Shown: positions 17,280 through 31,063, counted from the stretch's first letter. The stretch is 64,000 nt of DNA from Eledone cirrhosa (GCA_964016885.1 OZ024743.1:247194001-247258000); one strand, 5' to 3'. The notes: generated from the sequence alone by a model not told the origin. Numbers and translations: made by a program.

Positions 17280-17600
17280 TAATTAGCGACCTCATAGTCA
17301 GGACGAGACGTACTCGACAACAGAAGAGGACTATCCTCAGGAGGAAAATATGGAAGTTAAAGGACCCCACAGCCAGGAATAAATTTCAAAGCATATTACT
17401 TGATGCTTTCGACAGTAAGGAAGAACATTTAGAGTCGGACAATATAGAGGGAGAGTGGGAATTTCTGAAAGCAAACCTGCTGTTGGCGACAGACGAGGTC
17501 TGTGGCTGGAGCAGGCCTGTAGGCAGGAGGAGAGTAACATGGTGGTGGAACAGTAAGGTGGAGGGGTCAATTAAGGCCAAAAGCAGGCTTGGAAAGTATG

Positions 17601-19601
17601 TGGCGGGATGGGGGAAGTAGAGAGGACTATCAAGTGGCCAGGAGGGAAGCTAGGAGACAAGTGTACTTAGCAAGAAGGGAAGCTGAGGAAAGAAAGTTCA
17701 AGCATGTTCTACAACGCGATGACCAAAAACGTGTGGTGTTCAGGATTGCTAGGCAATGCGTCAAGGAAAACCGTGATATTGTCGGGGAGAAGTGTGTACT
17801 AAACGACGATGGCACACTTGCCATCACCGACGCTGATAAGAAGGTAGCTTGGAAGTGTCACTATGAAAGGCTTCTAAATGAGGAGAATAATTGGGAGAAA
17901 GGCAGTCTCCCCCATATCGACCCAATAGAGGGACCAGCAGTGTTAGTCGAGGGGAGTATAATAAGTAAGGCAATCAAGGATATGAAGACTGGTAAGGCGG
18001 CTGGGCCTTCGGAAATAGTTGCTGAGATGCTGAAGGCATCTGGCACGGTGGGACACACCATGGTCACCCGCATAGTTAACCAAGTCGTACAAAACGGGGT
18101 TGTTCCGAAGGACTGGCATAGCAGCATCATCGTTAACTGTTATAAGGGTAAAGGAGACGCCCTAGATAGGAGTAACTATAGAGGCATTAAATTAATCGAC
18201 CAGGTCATGAAGGTCACGGAAAGAGTAATAGCGCAGCTAATCAGAGAGAGAATTGACCTAGATGAAATGCAGTTCGGGTTTGTGTCAGGCAAAAGTACCA
18301 CAGACGCTCTTTTCATAGTACGACAACTACAAGAGAAGTACCTAGCTAAAGGTAAACCCCTCTACTTAGCTTTTGTCGACTTGGAGAAAGCCTTCGACAG
18401 AGTCCCCCGCTCCATTATCTGGTGGGCTCTTAGAAAACTAGGCGTTGACGAATGGCTTGTGAGGGCTATACAAGCCATGTATAAAGAAACAGTCAGCAAG
18501 GTTAGAATTAACAACGAATATAGTGAAGAGTTTAGCGTAAAAGTCGGCGTCCATCAGGGCTCTGTTCTCAGTCCACTACTATTTATTATTGCCCTTCAGG
18601 CCATAACAGAGGAGTTCAAGACAGGCTGCCCATGGGAACTCCTATACGCAGACGACCTGACACTCATAGCGGAATCAATGGCCGAGCTAGAGAAGAAATT
18701 CCAAACATGGAAGCACGGCCTAGAGTCAAAAGGACTTAAAATTAACCTGGCTAAGACCAAAGTACTAGTTTGTAGGAAAGAAAACAAGGCGGCGGTCCCT
18801 TCTGGGAAATGGTCGTGCTCGGTGTGTAGGAAAGGCGTAGGTAGAAACTCCATTTTATGTCCTAAATGCAAAGTATGGGTGCATAAAAGATGTAGTGGGA
18901 TCACAGGTAGGCTAACTAAGAACATAGATTTTACATGTGGCCGGTGCTCTGGTGCAATAAGTAGCAGCAAGTGCCCACAAACTACTAGCTCTTTCAATTG
19001 CGCAGAGGGTTCTATAGAAATAGTGGACAGCTTCCGTTACCTGGGCGATAAAATCAGCAGTGGGGGAGGGTGCTCTGAAAGTACTGTAGCTAGAGTCAGA
19101 ACTGGTTGGAAAAAGTTCAGAGAGCTTATACCACTATTAGCTGCTAAAGGGTTCTCACTAAAAATGAAAGGCAGGTTGTACGATGCCTGCATACGAACAG
19201 CAATGCTGCATGGCAGTGAGACCTGGGCATTGTGTGCAGAGGATATACGCAGACTAGAGAGGAACGAAGCTTGCATGCTCCGCTGGATGTGTAACAGTAA
19301 TATACGTGAACGGCAAAGCATAAACGAACTAAGGAATAAATTAGAGATAAGAGGGATCAGATGTTGTTTACTCGAGAGAAGGCTACGTTGGTATGGACAC
19401 GTGATGCGCATGAAAGTCGATAGCTGTATAACAAAGTGCAGGGCAATAAAGATAGACGGTAGTCACGGAATAGGCAGACCTAGAAAAACCTGGGACGAGC
19501 TGATAAACTCCGACATCACACACTTACACCTCTCCAAGACAATGTCACTGGACCGAGACCTTTGGCGGTACTCAGTAACAGAGAAGACCCGCCTTACCTA
19601 A
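17601..19601 (+). CDS. RTE reverse transcriptase with inserted PHD-type zinc finger
   Basis: [34 protein letters not shown]; C4HC3 pattern at 18816-18947. Confidence 0.95.
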   Translation, partial: WRDGGSREDYQVARREARRQVYLARREAEERKFKHVLQRDDQKRVVFRIARQCVKENRDIVGEKCVLNDDGTLAITDADKKVAWKCHYERLLNEENNWEKGSLPHIDPIEGPAVLVEGSIISKAIKDMKTGKAAGPSEIVAEMLKASGTVGHTMVTRIVNQVVQNGVVPKDWHSSIIVNCYKGKGDALDRSNYRGIKLIDQVMKVTERVIAQLIRERIDLDEMQFGFVSGKSTTDALFIVRQLQEKYLAKGKPLYLAFVDLEKAFDRVPRSIIWWALRKLGVDEWLVRAIQAMYKETVSKVRINNEYSEEFSVKVGVHQGSVLSPLLFIIALQAITEEFKTGCPWELLYADDLTLIAESMAELEKKFQTWKHGLESKGLKINLAKTKVLVCRKENKAAVPSGKWSCSVCRKGVGRNSILCPKCKVWVHKRCSGITGRLTKNIDFTCGRCSGAISSSKCPQTTSSFNCAEGSIEIVDSFRYLGDKISSGGGCSESTVARVRTGWKKFRELIPLLAAKGFSLKMKGRLYDACIRTAMLHGSETWALCAEDIRRLERNEACMLRWMCNSNIRERQSINELRNKLEIRGIRCCLLERRLRWYGHVMRMKVDSCITKCRAIKIDGSHGIGRPRKTWDELINSDITHLHLSKTMSLDRDLWRYSVTEKTRLT

Positions 19602-20137
19602 ATATATAGTAAAACCTACTCCAGCCAGTAGGCATCTCTAACAAATACACCCCGTCCCACCACCCCCACCCGATCCACACCCCCCCGTTCTATGTAAAGT
19701 TATGTTGGTGCCGCGCCATCGAGGCCGAAACAAATGAGATCGTGTAGGTGTCACGACAAAAAAACACACAGTCCACGCTGTAATGTGGCCGTGTAGGCAA
19801 CACGGTAAAAACCTCCCAGACCCACACTGTAAATGTGGTTGGTGTTAGGAAGGGCATCCAACTGTAGAAAACCTGCCAGACAGTCCTATGCGAGCAAGAC
19901 AATCACTCTTGCCTCAAGTGGGACTACCCCCGTCCAAACCCATGCAAGCGTGGAACACGGACGTTAAACGCTGATGATGATGATGATGATGACATATATA
20001 TATACATATATATACATATACATATATATATACATATATATACATATACATATATATATACATATATATACATATACATATATACATATATATACATATA
20101 TATATATATATACATATATATACATATACATATATAC

Positions 20138-20170
<33 letters not shown>

Positions 20171-20588
20171 CATACATATATATATATATACATATATATA
20201 CATATATATATATATATACATACATATACATATATATACATACATACATATATATACATACATATACATATATACATACATACATATATATACATACATA
20301 TACATATATACATACATACATATATATACATACATACATATATATATATACATACATATATATATATACATACATATATATATATACATACATATATATA
20401 TATACATACATATATATATATACATACATATATATATATACATACATATACATATATACATACATACATATATATATATACATACATATACATATATATA
20501 TATACATACATACATATATATATATATACATACATACATATATATATATACATACATATACATATATATATATACATACATATACATA

Positions 20589-20624
<36 letters not shown>

Positions 20625-20688
20625 CATACATATACATATACATACATATACATATATACATATATATAAATATACATACATATACATA

Positions 20689-20720
<32 letters not shown>

Positions 20721-20745
20721 CATACATATACATATATATATATAT

Positions 20746-20776
<31 letters not shown>

Positions 20777-20859
20777 CATACATATACATATATATATATA
20801 TACATACATATACATATATATATATATACATACATATACATATATATATATATACATAC

Positions 20860-20894
<35 letters not shown>

Positions 20895-20999
20895 CATACA
20901 TATACATACATACATACATACATATATATATATATCTATATACATACATATACATACATACATATACATATATATACATACATACATACATATATATAC

Positions 21000-21030
<31 letters not shown>

Positions 21031-21352
21031 CATACATATACATATATATATACATACATATACATATATATATATACATACATACATACATACATATATA
21101 TATACATACATATTACATACATATATATATATACATACATACATATACATATATATATATATACATACATATACATATATATATATATACATACATATAC
21201 ATATATATATATACATACATATACATATATATACATACATATACATATATATATATATATACATACATATATATATATATATATATACATACATATATAT
21301 ATATATATATATACATACATATATATATATATACATACATATATATATATAT

Positions 21353-21395
<43 letters not shown>

Positions 21396-21448
21396 TATGT
21401 ATATGTGTACAACAACAACAGTGTGAACCACTCCTTGATTCATCAACA

Positions 21449-21572
21449 ATGGCCGATCTACTAAATGAAACTATTGACCTCCCAGTAGCCTCTGTCTCAC
21501 AGCAGGAAACGCCACATACTTTCTCTGGCCCAGCAGTCCAATCATCACCACTGCCAACATCTTCTTCTCTGC

Positions 21573-21603
<31 letters not shown>

Positions 21604-22087
21604 ATCTTTGGCTACTGCTATCTCAAGGAATTTACCTTCTAATACTACTACAAGAACTCTCCCTCCCACAGTCCACAAAGGTTGTCAAATCCTACTCAAA
21701 CCATCATCTACACCTCTCACAACACACACACCCACATACCCACCCACTCGAAACCCCATCATTTGCCACTACTCTCTACGCTATAGAATATGTACGGATA
21801 GTGGCTGCAAATTCACCCATTTACCTAGGACAAAACGATCTATCCCCACAAACAGCCACCACCATAATACATACTCTAATTTAACACCAACACAACCACC
21901 AATAACTCAAACAAGGAATCCACAAATCTGCCGCTTTTCCCTGCGAGACAGATTGTGTTTAGACCGGGATTGTCCCTTTACCCATCTCCCGGGGACCCGT
22001 CGGACAAATGAAAATAAAATTAAAAATAAAAGCAAAAACAAAAACCATAACCTACATAAAAATAACCACTACCACAATCACCAATAG
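21449..22087 (+). CDS. LINE ORF1-like protein with two CCCH zinc fingers
   Basis: [19 protein letters not shown] and [19 protein letters not shown] (C-x8-C-x4-C-x3-H); Thr/Pro-rich N-terminus. Confidence 0.7.
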
Positions 22088-22212
22088 TCTTCTAAACAGG
22101 AAACTTCTTCCTCTTTTTTAGCCATAATGAATCTGGCAAAAGAACTGGAAAAAAACATTCGAGCTATCACCCAGCACCACCCTCCACTATCACCCCACTG
22201 CACAAACTCCCA

Positions 22213-24408
22213 TTGCTGCCATTAACAAACAAACAAATTAACAACACACCAAAACAATTAAAACCATCCACTCTCGCCTCTACATTTTTGCTTAACGCCC
22301 AAGGCATCAGCCCTTCCACCAATACTCAAAAATGGAAGATCAAATTCCTGGAGGACTGGATTGATGTCCATCCAAACCACATCCCTTTCTTCGTCCTCAC
22401 TGAAACCCATCTCAGTAACCTCCACTTGGAAGCCGAGGTGAAAGTGAAAAATTTCAAAGCCATCCGTGCTGATCGCACTCGCAGAAGAAAGGGCGGGACT
22501 GCCATTTATGTCCATAATTCTTTCTCAACAGAGGCTATGAACATATTCACTAATGGATACTGTGAAGCAGTCACTGTATTCAGTCAAACCAACAACCTAA
22601 TAGTAGTTGGGCTCTATAGGCCACCCCAAACGCCTGTACCAGCATAAAGTGTTTCATCCAAGAGTGTCACCCTGACAACATCTTAATGATGGGGGACTTC
22701 AACCTCCCCGGAGTTGACTGGTCCACAAACAGCCTGCCACCAGGTTCTTCTGCCTCAACCTCTGACAGTGGAATCGCTTCTTGACTTCATGGATGATTTC
22801 TTCCTATCCCAACTGGTGCTCGAACCAACGAGGTGCCACAAAAACGTCCTAGACTTAATTTTCAGCAATCACACTGACAATATCCACAATATTGCAGTGG
22901 AGAAAACTCTACTCTCTGATCATGACATGGTTCTCTGTGATCTGAGATTCCACCGTCCAATATACAAACCCAATGTCATCTCTCCTGTCCATCCGTTTGA
23001 CGCTATGGATTTCCACAATGCAAACTGGGAAGCGATCAGTCATGATCTTGCACATGTCGACTGGTCCTTCACGCACACTCTTACACCCACTAACATCAAA
23101 AAGTCCTGGCAGACATTTGTGGACACTGGTACAAACATATGTGCTACACACACCCCATTAAGAACTATAAACAAATCTAAGAGCAGAATCCCCAGAAATA
23201 GAAAAACGCTCATCAGAAAAATTAAGAGAACGAACAAAAAAATCAACAAGCTGAAATACTGTCAGCAGCAACACATCAACTTGACTGCCATTTCATCACT
23301 AGAGATTAAAAAACATAACCTCCAAAACAACATAATGTCCCTCATCAACAATCAGAGAAGAGCTGAAGAGGCCTGGGCCATTGAGAAGATCAAACTCAAT
23401 CCCAAAGTGTTCTTTTCATTTGCAAAAAAACACAAAATCACTGGCTCTACTGTTGGCCCTCTAATTGATGAAAATGGCACTCTTCAAGACAATGCTAAAA
23501 CCATGGGTGAGATACTGCAGAAACAATACTGCTCTGTTTTCAGCAATCCTGATATGGCCGATCTGGGCTGTATCGGCGATGTTACTCCCCATTACACCTT
23601 ATCGGACATAACGTTTGGCGCCCCTGATGTCTTGGCGGCAATAAAGGAAATCAAGCATAATTCAGCAGTAGGTCCCGATAGGTTCCCTGCTTGTGTCTTG
23701 AAGGCGTGTCAACACCAACTTGCATCTCCTCTTGCCAATCTGTGGCGGAACTCACTGGATGCCGGATATGTGCCAGTAAACCTTCTATCCCAGTCTGTTG
23801 TCCCAGTTTTCAAAAAGGGAAACAAATCCCTTGCCGTGAATTACCGTCCAATCTCACTCACCTCTCATATCATTAAGGTATTTGAGAGAGTGGTGAGATC
23901 GCGAATGACCCACTTCCTTGAGAGTAACAATATGCTGAACTCCAACCAGCATGGATTCCGTAATGGAAGGGATTGCCTGACGCAGCTACTGCATCACTTT
24001 GATGACATTTTGAGAGCCTTGGGAGAGGGTTCCAACACTGATGTTATCTACCTTGATTTCAGCAAGGCCTTTGACAGGGTTGATCATAACATTCTACTGA
24101 GAAAGCTGTCCAATATTGGTGTCACTGGAAAGCTGCTGCAGTGGATCAAGAGCTTCCTGTCAAACAGAACCCAACATGTTGTAGTTGAAGGAGTCAAATC
24201 CAGCCCAGCCAAAGTCAGTAGTGGGGTCCCACAAGGCACTGTGTTGGGCCCACTTCTCTTCATCATCTATATTAATGACATCACTGACATCATCAAACAC
24301 AGCAACATTAAAATTTTCGCTGATGATTCCAAGCTCCAAAAGGTCATCAATGGCGTGGATGACCGGATAAGCCTTCAGTCAGACCTACTGGCTGTTACCC
24401 AATGGACA
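22213..24408 (+). pseudogene. Disrupted CR1/L2-type ORF2 (APE + RT)
   Basis: NYRPISLTS, QHGFR, YLDFSKAFDRVDH, GVPQGTVLGP, FADD; lesions near 22645-22760; truncated. Confidence 0.9.
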
Positions 24409-24888
24409 AACCTTTGTCACTTAGTAGAACCTTAATGATTTTAGCTTTTAAAGAATCTCCCTTTTCTTTAATTCTATCGACCATGACTGACCCCCCACTG
24501 ATCTTATAGACATCTGTTAGCTTAAGAGAAACTTAATGACAAGGAATGGTATGCCATCCGGAACCAGTTTATAGAATTCTGTCTGCCCTTGTTACTCTAA
24601 AAACATAAATAAATAAAAATAAACTATAGCTTTGTAGAATTAGCTTTTAATGAATTCCCTTTTCTATCAACCAATGACCTACACCCATCCCACTCCCCAC
24701 CCTCTCCTACCACTTGTAGAGACCTATAAATACCATTTTTATTTTTTGATACCCAGATTCCTGATGATTTCTAAAGAATGAAACAGTTATAGTCCTGTAG
24801 AATCTCATCTATATTAAAACTTTTATACTCTGCTATGTATTGAGTACCTTACTTACTGTGGTTACCTCCGATTCAACCCGGAATAACG

Positions 24889-24897
<9 letters not shown>
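24405..24897 (+). mobile_element. Non-coding hammerhead-bearing segment (Penelope-like 3' end), copy 1
   Basis: Near-identical to 32376-32868. Confidence 0.7.
24755..24805 (+). ncRNA. Type I hammerhead ribozyme-like motif
   Basis: Stem I agattc/gaatct; CTGATGA; weak stem II t-ttc(taaa)gaa-t; GAAA; stem III acag/ctgt; GUA site. Confidence 0.6.
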
Positions 24898-24935
<38 letters not shown>

Positions 24936-25217
24936 TTATATATACATATATATACATATATATACTTATATATACATATATATATACATATATATACATA
25001 TATATACTTATATATACATATATATATACATATATATACACATATATATACATATATATATACATATATATACATATATATACATATATATATACATATA
25101 TATACATATACATATATATACATATATATACTTATATATACATATATATATATATACATATATATACATATATATACTTATATATACATATATATACTTA
25201 TATATACATATATATAC

Positions 25218-25256
<39 letters not shown>

Positions 25257-25323
25257 ATATATATACATATTTATATATATACATATATATAAATATTTAT
25301 ATATATACATATATATACATATT

Positions 25324-25370
<47 letters not shown>

Positions 25371-25375
<5 letters not shown>

Positions 25376-26233
25376 CGCAGACTAGAGAGGAACGAAGCTT
25401 GCATGCTCCGCTGGATGTGCAATAGTAATATACGTGAACGGCAAAGCATAAACGAACTAAGGAAAAAATTAGAAATAAGAGGGATCAGATGTTGTTTACT
25501 CGAGAGAAGGCTACGTTGGTACGGTCACGTGATGCGCATGAAAGACGACAGCTGTATAACAAAGTGCAGGGCAATAAAGATAGACGGTAGCCACGGAGTA
25601 GGCAGACCCAGAAAAACATGGGACGAGCTGATAAAATCCGACCTCACACGCTTACACCTCTCCAAGACAATGTCACTGGACCGAGACCTTTGGCGGTACT
25701 CAGTAATAGAGAAGACCCGCCTTACCTAAATACAAAGTAAAAACCTACTACAGTCAGTAGGCACCTCTATCAAAACACACCCCCGTCCCACCACCTCCAC
25801 CCCACCCACACCGCCCCTTTCAATGTAAAGTTATGTTGGTCCCACAACATCCAGGCCGAAACAAATGAGATCGTGTAGGTGTCACGACAAAAAACACACA
25901 GTCCACGCTGTAAATGTGGCCGTGTAGGCAACACGGTAAAAACCTCCCAGCCCCACACTGTAAATGTGGTTGGTGTTAGGAAGGGCATCCAGCTGTAGAA
26001 AACCCGCCAGACAGTCCACGCTGTAATGTGGCCGTGTAGGCAACACGGTAAAAACCTCCCAGCCCCACACTGTAAATGTGGTTGGTGTTAGGAAGGGCTT
26101 CCAACTGTAGAAAACCCGCCAGACAGTCCTATGCGAGCAAGACAACCACTCTTGCCTCAAGTGGGAAAACCCCCGTCCAAACCCATGCAAGCGTGGAACA
26201 CGGACGCTAAACCTGATGATGATGATGATGATG
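25371..26233 (+). mobile_element. 5'-truncated RTE (family A variant) with ~120-bp tandem duplication in 3' UTR
   Basis: ORF 25403-25729; block cagtccacgctg...aaacccgccaga occurs twice (~25899-26011, ~26012-26123); (GAT)n tail. Confidence 0.92.
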
Positions 26234-26328
<95 letters not shown>

Positions 26329-26345
26329 CATATATATATACATAT

Positions 26346-28497
26346 CAGAGATAGTTGTGATGTCATTGGAGAGAAGTGTATCCGGAATGATAAAGGTGAG
26401 CTTGCCCTCACAAGTGTTGAGAAGAAAGATGCATGGAAAAGTCATTATGATAGATTACTAAATGAGGAGAATGCATGGGAAGAAGAGACCCTACCCCACG
26501 TAGACCCTATAGAGGGACCAGCAGTACAAGTCAGCGGCAGCGTAGTAAGTAAGGCAATCAGAGATATGAAGATAGGGAAGGCAACCGGTCCATCGGGTAT
26601 AGCTGCCGAGATGCTGAAGGCATCTGGGTCTGTAGGTCACACTATAACCACACGTATCGTTAACCAGGTAATACTAGAGGGGGCCATACCAAAAGATTGG
26701 TGCAGTAGCATCATTGTCAACTGCTACAAAGGTAAAGGCGATGCACTAGATAGAGGAAACTATAGAGGTATAAAGTTGATGGACCAGGTCATGAAAGTAA
26801 CAGAAAGAGTTATAGCACAGCTGATTAGGGACCGGGTGAATATAGACGAGATGCAATTTGGGTTTGTACCAGGGAAAGGCACCACTGATGCCCTCTTCCT
26901 TGTGAGGCAATTACAGGAAAAGTACCTAGCTAAAAGTAAGCCACTCTACTTGGCATTTGTCGACCTTGAGAAAGCCTTTGACAGAGTTCCACGTGCAGTA
27001 ATCTGGTGGGCTCTTAGAAAACTAGGAGTAGATGAATGGCTTGTGAAAGCGGTACAAGCCATGTATAGGGGAGCAGTCAGCAAAGTTAGGATTGGCAATG
27101 AGTATAGCGAGGAATTTAGCGTACAGGTTGGGGTCCACCAGGGCTCTGTTCTTAGCCCTCTCCTGTTCATCATAGTCCTGCAGGCAATAATGGAGGAGTT
27201 TAAGACCGGATGCCCATGGGAACTCCTGTATGCTGATGACCTCGCACTCATAGCTGAATCTATGGTAGAACTAGAGAATAAATTCCAAACCTGGAAGCAG
27301 GGACTAGAGAGAAAGGGCCTCAAAGTCAACATGACAAAGACTAAGGTCCTTATAAGTAGACGAGAAAACAGAACCCAGATCCCCTCAGGGAAATGGCCTT
27401 GCTCAGTATGTAGGAAAGGTGTAGGTAGGAACTCCATTCTCTGCCCCAAATGCAAACAATGGGTACACAAGAGATGTAGCGGGATCTCAGGAAGCTTAAT
27501 TAAGAATGTAGGATTCACATGCAGCAGCTGTGCTGAAACAGCAAGCAAACAGCCACAGGAAACAAGTACCACCAATCTCTGGGAGGGCCCTGTAGAAACA
27601 GTAGACAGCTTCTGCTACCTAGGTGACCGAATTAGCAACGGAGGTGGGTGCTCAGAAAGTACAATAACTAGGGTAAGAATGGGATGGAAGAAGTTTAGGG
27701 AACTACTACCACTGCTAGCTGCAAAAGGCTTCTCCCTCAGAATGAAAGGCAGACTGTATGATGCGTGTATCCGAACAGCAATGTTGCATGGTAGTGAGAC
27801 CTGGGCGCTGAAGGTGGAAGACTTACGTAGATTAGAGAGAAACGAAGCCTGCATGCTCCGATGGATGTGTAACAGTAATATACGTGAACGACAAAGCATA
27901 AAGGAATTGAGAGAGAGACTGAGCATAAGAGGAATCAAATGCTGCGTGCAGGAGAGGCGGTTACGCTGGTAAGGACATGTGATGCGTATGAAGGATGACA
28001 GCTGCATAAAAAGGTGCAGAGCACTAGAAGTTGATGGAAACCGCGGAGTGGGGAGACCCAAGATGACTTGGGATGAGGTGATAAAAGCCGACCTTACCCA
28101 ACTACACCTCTCAAAGTCAATGACACACGACCGTGACTTCTGGCGTCACGCAGTAATACAGGGTACCCGACCGCCCATGGGTACATGCTGAAGCATATAA
28201 ACAATATGCCCCCCCCCTCCCCCCCCCCCTAAGGTGGTCGTGGAGGTGCCACGGCAAAAAAAGCACCCAGCCCACACTGTAAAGTGGACGTGTAGGCGCC
28301 ACGAAAAAGCACCCAGCACTCACTGTAAATGAGGTTGGTGTTAGGAAGGGCATCCAGCTGTAGAAATCAAGCCAGATCAGTTCCTGTATGAGCAAGGCAT
28401 GGTCAGCCGACCAGACACTGCCCACAACAGGACAACCCGTCTAACCCATGCTAGCGTGGAAGAACGGACGTAAAACGGTGATGATGATGATGATGAT

Positions 28498-28499
<2 letters not shown>
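26346..28499 (+). mobile_element. 5'-truncated RTE (family B), RT with premature stop
   Basis: RT motifs incl. YADD and PHD insert; TAA at 27970 where the copy at ~43158 has TAT; distinct 3' UTR; (GAT)n tail. Confidence 0.93.
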
Positions 28500-28571
<72 letters not shown>

Positions 28572-28630
28572 CATATATATATACATATATATATATATAT
28601 ACATATATATATACATATATATATATATAC

Positions 28631-28661
<31 letters not shown>

Positions 28662-28702
28662 CATATATATATACATATATATATACATATATATATATAT
28701 AC

Positions 28703-28733
<31 letters not shown>

Positions 28734-28749
28734 CATATATATATACATA

Positions 28750-30489
28750 TAGATGAAATGCAGTTCGGGTTTGTGTCAGGCAAAAGTACCACAGACGCTC
28801 TTTTCATAGTACGACAACTACAGGAGAAGTACCTAGCTAAAGGTAAACCCCTCTACTTAGCTTTTGTCGACTTGGAGAAAGCCTTCGACAGAGTCCCCCG
28901 CTCCATTATCTGGTGGGCTCTTAGAAAACTAGGCGTTGACGAATGGCTTGTGAGGGCTATACAAGCCATGTATAAAGAAACAGTCAGCAAGGTTAGAATT
29001 AACAACGAATATAGTGAAGAGTTTAGCGTAAAAGTCGGCGTCCATCAGGGCTCTGTTCTCAGTCCACTACTATTTATTATTGCCCTTCAGGCTATAACAG
29101 AGGAGTTCAAGACAGGCTGCCCATGGGAACTCCTATACGCAGACGACCTGACACTCATAGCGGAATCAATGGCCGAGCTAGAGAAGAAATTCCAAACATG
29201 GAAGCACGGCCTAGAGTCAAAAGGACTTAAAATTAACCTGGCTAAGACCAAAGTACTAGTTTGTAGGAAAGAAAACAAGGCGGCGGTCCCTTCTGGGAAA
29301 TGGTCGTGCTCGGTGTGTAGGAAAGGCGTAGGTAGAAACTCCATTTTATGTCCTAAATGCAAAGTATGGGTGCATAAAAGATGTAGTGGGATCACAGGTA
29401 AGCTAACTAAGAACATAGATTTTACATGTGGCCGGTGCTCTGGTGCAATAAGTAGCAGCAAGTGCCCACAAACTACTAGCTCTTTCAATTGCGCAGAGGG
29501 TTCTATAGAAATAGTGGACAGCTTCCGTTACCTGGGCGATAAAATCAGCAGTGGGGGAGGGTGCTCTGAAAGTACTGTAGCTAGAGTCAGAACTGGTTGG
29601 AAAAAGTTCAGAGAGCTTATACCACTATTAGCTGCTAAAGGGTTCTCACTAAAAATGAAAGGCAGGTTGTACGATGCCTGCATACGAACAGCAATGCTGC
29701 ATGGCAGTGAGACCTGGGCATTGTGTGCAGAGGATATACGCAGACTAGAGAGGAACGAAGCTTGCATGCTCCGCTGGATGTGTAACAGTAATATACGTGA
29801 ACGGCAAAGCATAAACGAACTAAGGAATAAATTAGAGATAAGAGGGATCAGATGTTGTTTACTCGAGAGAAGACTACGTTGGTATGGACACGTGATGCGC
29901 ATGAAAGTCGATAGCTGTATAACAAAGTGCAGGGCAATAAAGATAGACAGTAGTCACGGAATAGGCAGACCTAGAAAAACCTGGGACGAGCTGATAAACT
30001 CCGACATCACACACTTACACCTCTCCAAGACAATGTCACTGGACCGAGACCTTTGGCGGTACTCAGTAACAGAGAAGACCCGCCTTACCTAAATATATAG
30101 TAAAACCTACTCCAGCCAGTAGGCATCTCTAACAAAATACACCCCGTCCCACAACCCCCACCCCCACCCCATCCACACCACCCCGTTCTATGTAAAGTTA
30201 TGTTGGTGCCGCGCCATCGAGGCCGAAACAAATGAGATCGTGTAGGTGTCACGACAAAAAAACACACAGTCCACGCTGTAATGTGGCCGTGTAGGCAACA
30301 CGGTAAAAACCTCCCAGACCCACACTGTAAATGTGGTTGGTGTTAGGAAGGGCATCCAACTGTAGCAAACCTGCCAGACAGTCCTATGCGAGCAAGACAA
30401 TCACTCTTGCCTCAAGTGGGACTACCCCCGTCCAAACCCATGCAAGCGTGGAACACGGACGTTAAACGTTGATGATGATGATGATGATG
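28750..30489 (+). mobile_element. 5'-truncated RTE (family A), open RT ORF 28758-30092
   Basis: Differs from 18259-19990 by only a handful of visible substitutions. Confidence 0.96.
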
Positions 30490-30513
30490 ATATATATACA
30501 TATATATATATAC

Positions 30514-30560
<47 letters not shown>

Positions 30561-30605
30561 CATATATATATATACATATACATACATATATATACATATA
30601 CATAC

Positions 30606-30686
<81 letters not shown>

Positions 30687-30715
30687 CATATATATATACA
30701 TACATATATATATAC

Positions 30716-30792
<77 letters not shown>

Positions 30793-30793
30793 C

Positions 30794-30864
<71 letters not shown>

Positions 30865-31063
30865 CATATATATATACATATATACATATATATACATATA
30901 TATATACATATATACATATATATATACATATATATATACATATATACATATATATATACATATATACATATATATATACATATATATATATATATACATA
31001 TATATATACATATATATATACATATACATATATATATACATATATATATACATATACATATAC

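Larger units (their letters stand above)
16074..19990 (+). mobile_element. Near-full-length RTE-clade LINE (family A)
   Basis: 5' UTR, APE endonuclease, RT, 3' UTR with tandem subrepeats and (GAT)n tail; TA arrays on both sides. Confidence 0.95.
21409..24408 (+). mobile_element. 3'-truncated CR1/L2-group LINE with ORF1 and ORF2
   Basis: ORF1, APE motifs (LTETHL, GGTAIYV, GLYRPP, GDFNLP, SDHD) and RT; breaks off at 24408. Confidence 0.88.

Noticed and set aside
18596-19411. Antisense ORFs over the RTE RT (also 26946-28061, 29087-29902)
   Set aside because: Shadow frames of the RT coding strand
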